A program made the translations under genes and the position numbers. Under the pieces are notes generated by a model, which had not been told where the DNA came from, made no database searches, and saw only the letters and a program-made list of their open reading frames with translations. Source: Ascidiella aspersa (taxonomy: Eukaryota). Taken from it: a stretch of DNA of 64,000 nt. The DNA lies in assembly GCA_963924565.1 (NCBI GenBank), contig OZ004609.1, positions 29,946,001 through 30,010,000 of the forward strand. The letters are read 5' to 3'. Shown one piece after another: positions 62,901 through 64,000 of the stretch; the first letter of the stretch is position 1, and each line of letters begins with the position of its first letter.

Positions 62901-62909
62901 GATGATCGC
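50936..62909 (-). CDS. SDR42E1: short-chain dehydrogenase/reductase 42E (3-beta-HSD family), 3' part; 5' exons beyond window
   Basis: Exons 62909-62778, 61819-61754, 60075-60012, 58433-58360, 52933-52807, 51024-50936. Motifs VDWVHVNNLIQAHLLA, AGKCYFISDNEPVKFFEFLKPL, PLATRTEVLKMGMTHY, ELGYRP, and hydrophobic C-terminal anchor IMIVGVLLACCLIQLLL*. SDR42E1 vs SDR42E2 orthology is not resolvable here. Confidence 0.85.
51607..52406. mobile_element. 800-bp hAT-type non-autonomous element
   Basis: TIRs CAGCGTTTCTCAACC / GGTTAAGAAACACTG, perfect TSD CTATAGAG, GGTGCGCC subterminal motifs. Confidence 0.9.
56470..56910 (+). mobile_element. full-length GACTT-repeat MITE (hAT-like 8-bp TSD)
   Basis: TIR CAGTGTTGTA / TACAACACTG, perfect TSD GTACATGG, dense GACTT/GACTTAAGTC arrays at both ends. 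Confidence 0.9.
57798..57851. repeat. 14-bp minisatellite (GTAACGCGTCTATA, ~3.9 copies)
   Basis: Direct tandem repeat read from the sequence. Confidence 0.9.
60219..61110 (+). mobile_element. interspersed repeat related to the interior of the 51607 element, interrupted by a hAT MITE starting at 60513
   Basis: CCTACAAAGCA.CAATATCTAA...CGACATAATAA.GCCA...TAATGACCA is shared with ~51758-51900, and AAAAGGTT...ATTGGCCTTATT with ~52130-52160. Inserted CAGTGGTTCTCAACC at 60513. Right end approximate. Confidence 0.7.
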
Positions 62910-64000
62910 CTGCGCAGCAATAAAAACACACTTTTAGCGATCGAAAATATGCAATTTAGAGCTGGACTGTATAACTGCTTTTAAAGTATAATGGTTAGAG
63001 GTGGTTTTTGAATGTTTAAAAAATATCACAGCCTACACATAAGTTGGCAACATTATGTTACCTTTTTAACAACAGACGGTAGTACAGTATAGGCCAAAGG
63101 GAATCCCAAAACAAATATAGATTTAGGTAACATTAAACTAACGTTTCACAATATGCATGTATATTTGCAAAATATATATCTATTTTTACATGTTATAATA
63201 CTTTGTAGTCTTCATGGGAACTTTTAACGTCCTCATAAATAAACAAAAAATATTTATGGCTTTTTAAGACGATAAACGTTTTATTGTCGCTTTTTGTCCC
63301 ATCCGACTGAAAGTGACCTTAATTATTCAACGAGAATCTTAAATTCGAAATGTTCCCACACAGTGTTACCCACTTGTTACACGAGCTAATTGTTTTAACG
63401 GCTTTAGCATTTCAATTTAATTTGTTTAGTTTTGGCCATTAACATGCGGGTCGTAGAAATGGAACATATGGTGAGTTTAAATGTTGTACAACGTAAACGA
63501 TAGACTATTTAGGCAAGGAAAGATGTTCGAACATTTGGCCTAAAAATTTGGCTTCGATGTGTTTCGTTAGGGATTTGCTTATAATCCATAACGATAAAAA
63601 TTTTAGATTGAAAAACTATACAACGACAAGGTTATACAGATCATGCACAACACAAGAAAATAAGGCGACATCCCATAGAAAAGCACAAGAATCATATTTT
63701 GATATGTAGACAAAAAACTAATACTCTAAGTGAAAATCACATGTAAACACCACTACTATTATAATTCCTTACCCCTATTAAAACAGTTACCAAACACACA
63801 CGAGCAGTAACCGGGTCCTGGCGCGAATTGTAAACACGACGCAATGCGATAAATCCGCCAAAATACTAGAAACAGACACGACGAATAAAATGACGCAATT
63901 TAGTGGGGGGTTTAAGTTCATCGGCTGTAGGTTGAATGAAAACGTCTACTTTTTGTTTTTACATCCAGCAATTTGAAAGCGCCAAGTAAAAAAAAAAGTT

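Noticed and set aside
1-64000. tRNA, rRNA, snRNA genes or autonomous transposon ORFs
   Set aside because: None recognised by eye and no long ORF exists. Small ncRNAs could be missed without a covariance-model search.

Overview
Animal genomic DNA, AT-rich, with GT-AG introns. Compact genes and mosaic CpG depletion suggest an invertebrate chordate such as an ascidian; this is inference. The ORF track is mostly single exons or antisense shadows, so genes were assembled by hand from splice sites and reading phase. Five genes: INTS10 (minus, 14 exons, complete, ~638 aa); TTC36 (plus, 4 exons, ~192 aa), head-to-head with INTS10; an unrecognised Ser-rich gene (minus, 11 exons, ~440 aa) with an upstream RFX X-box; GAS7 (minus, SH3-WW-F-BAR, 15 exons, ~504 aa); and the last 6 exons of an SDR42E1-like 3-beta-HSD family gene (minus). 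Introns carry many non-autonomous hAT MITEs, several with perfect 8-bp TSDs. The most unusual signal is a set of small (~210-270 bp) non-coding retro-inserted elements. Each has a 12-13 bp TSD, a one-sided tail, long inverted arms and a minimal Penelope-type hammerhead ribozyme. The central segment is flipped between the two related copies. A second notable signal is CpG depletion restricted to the 5' parts of genes.
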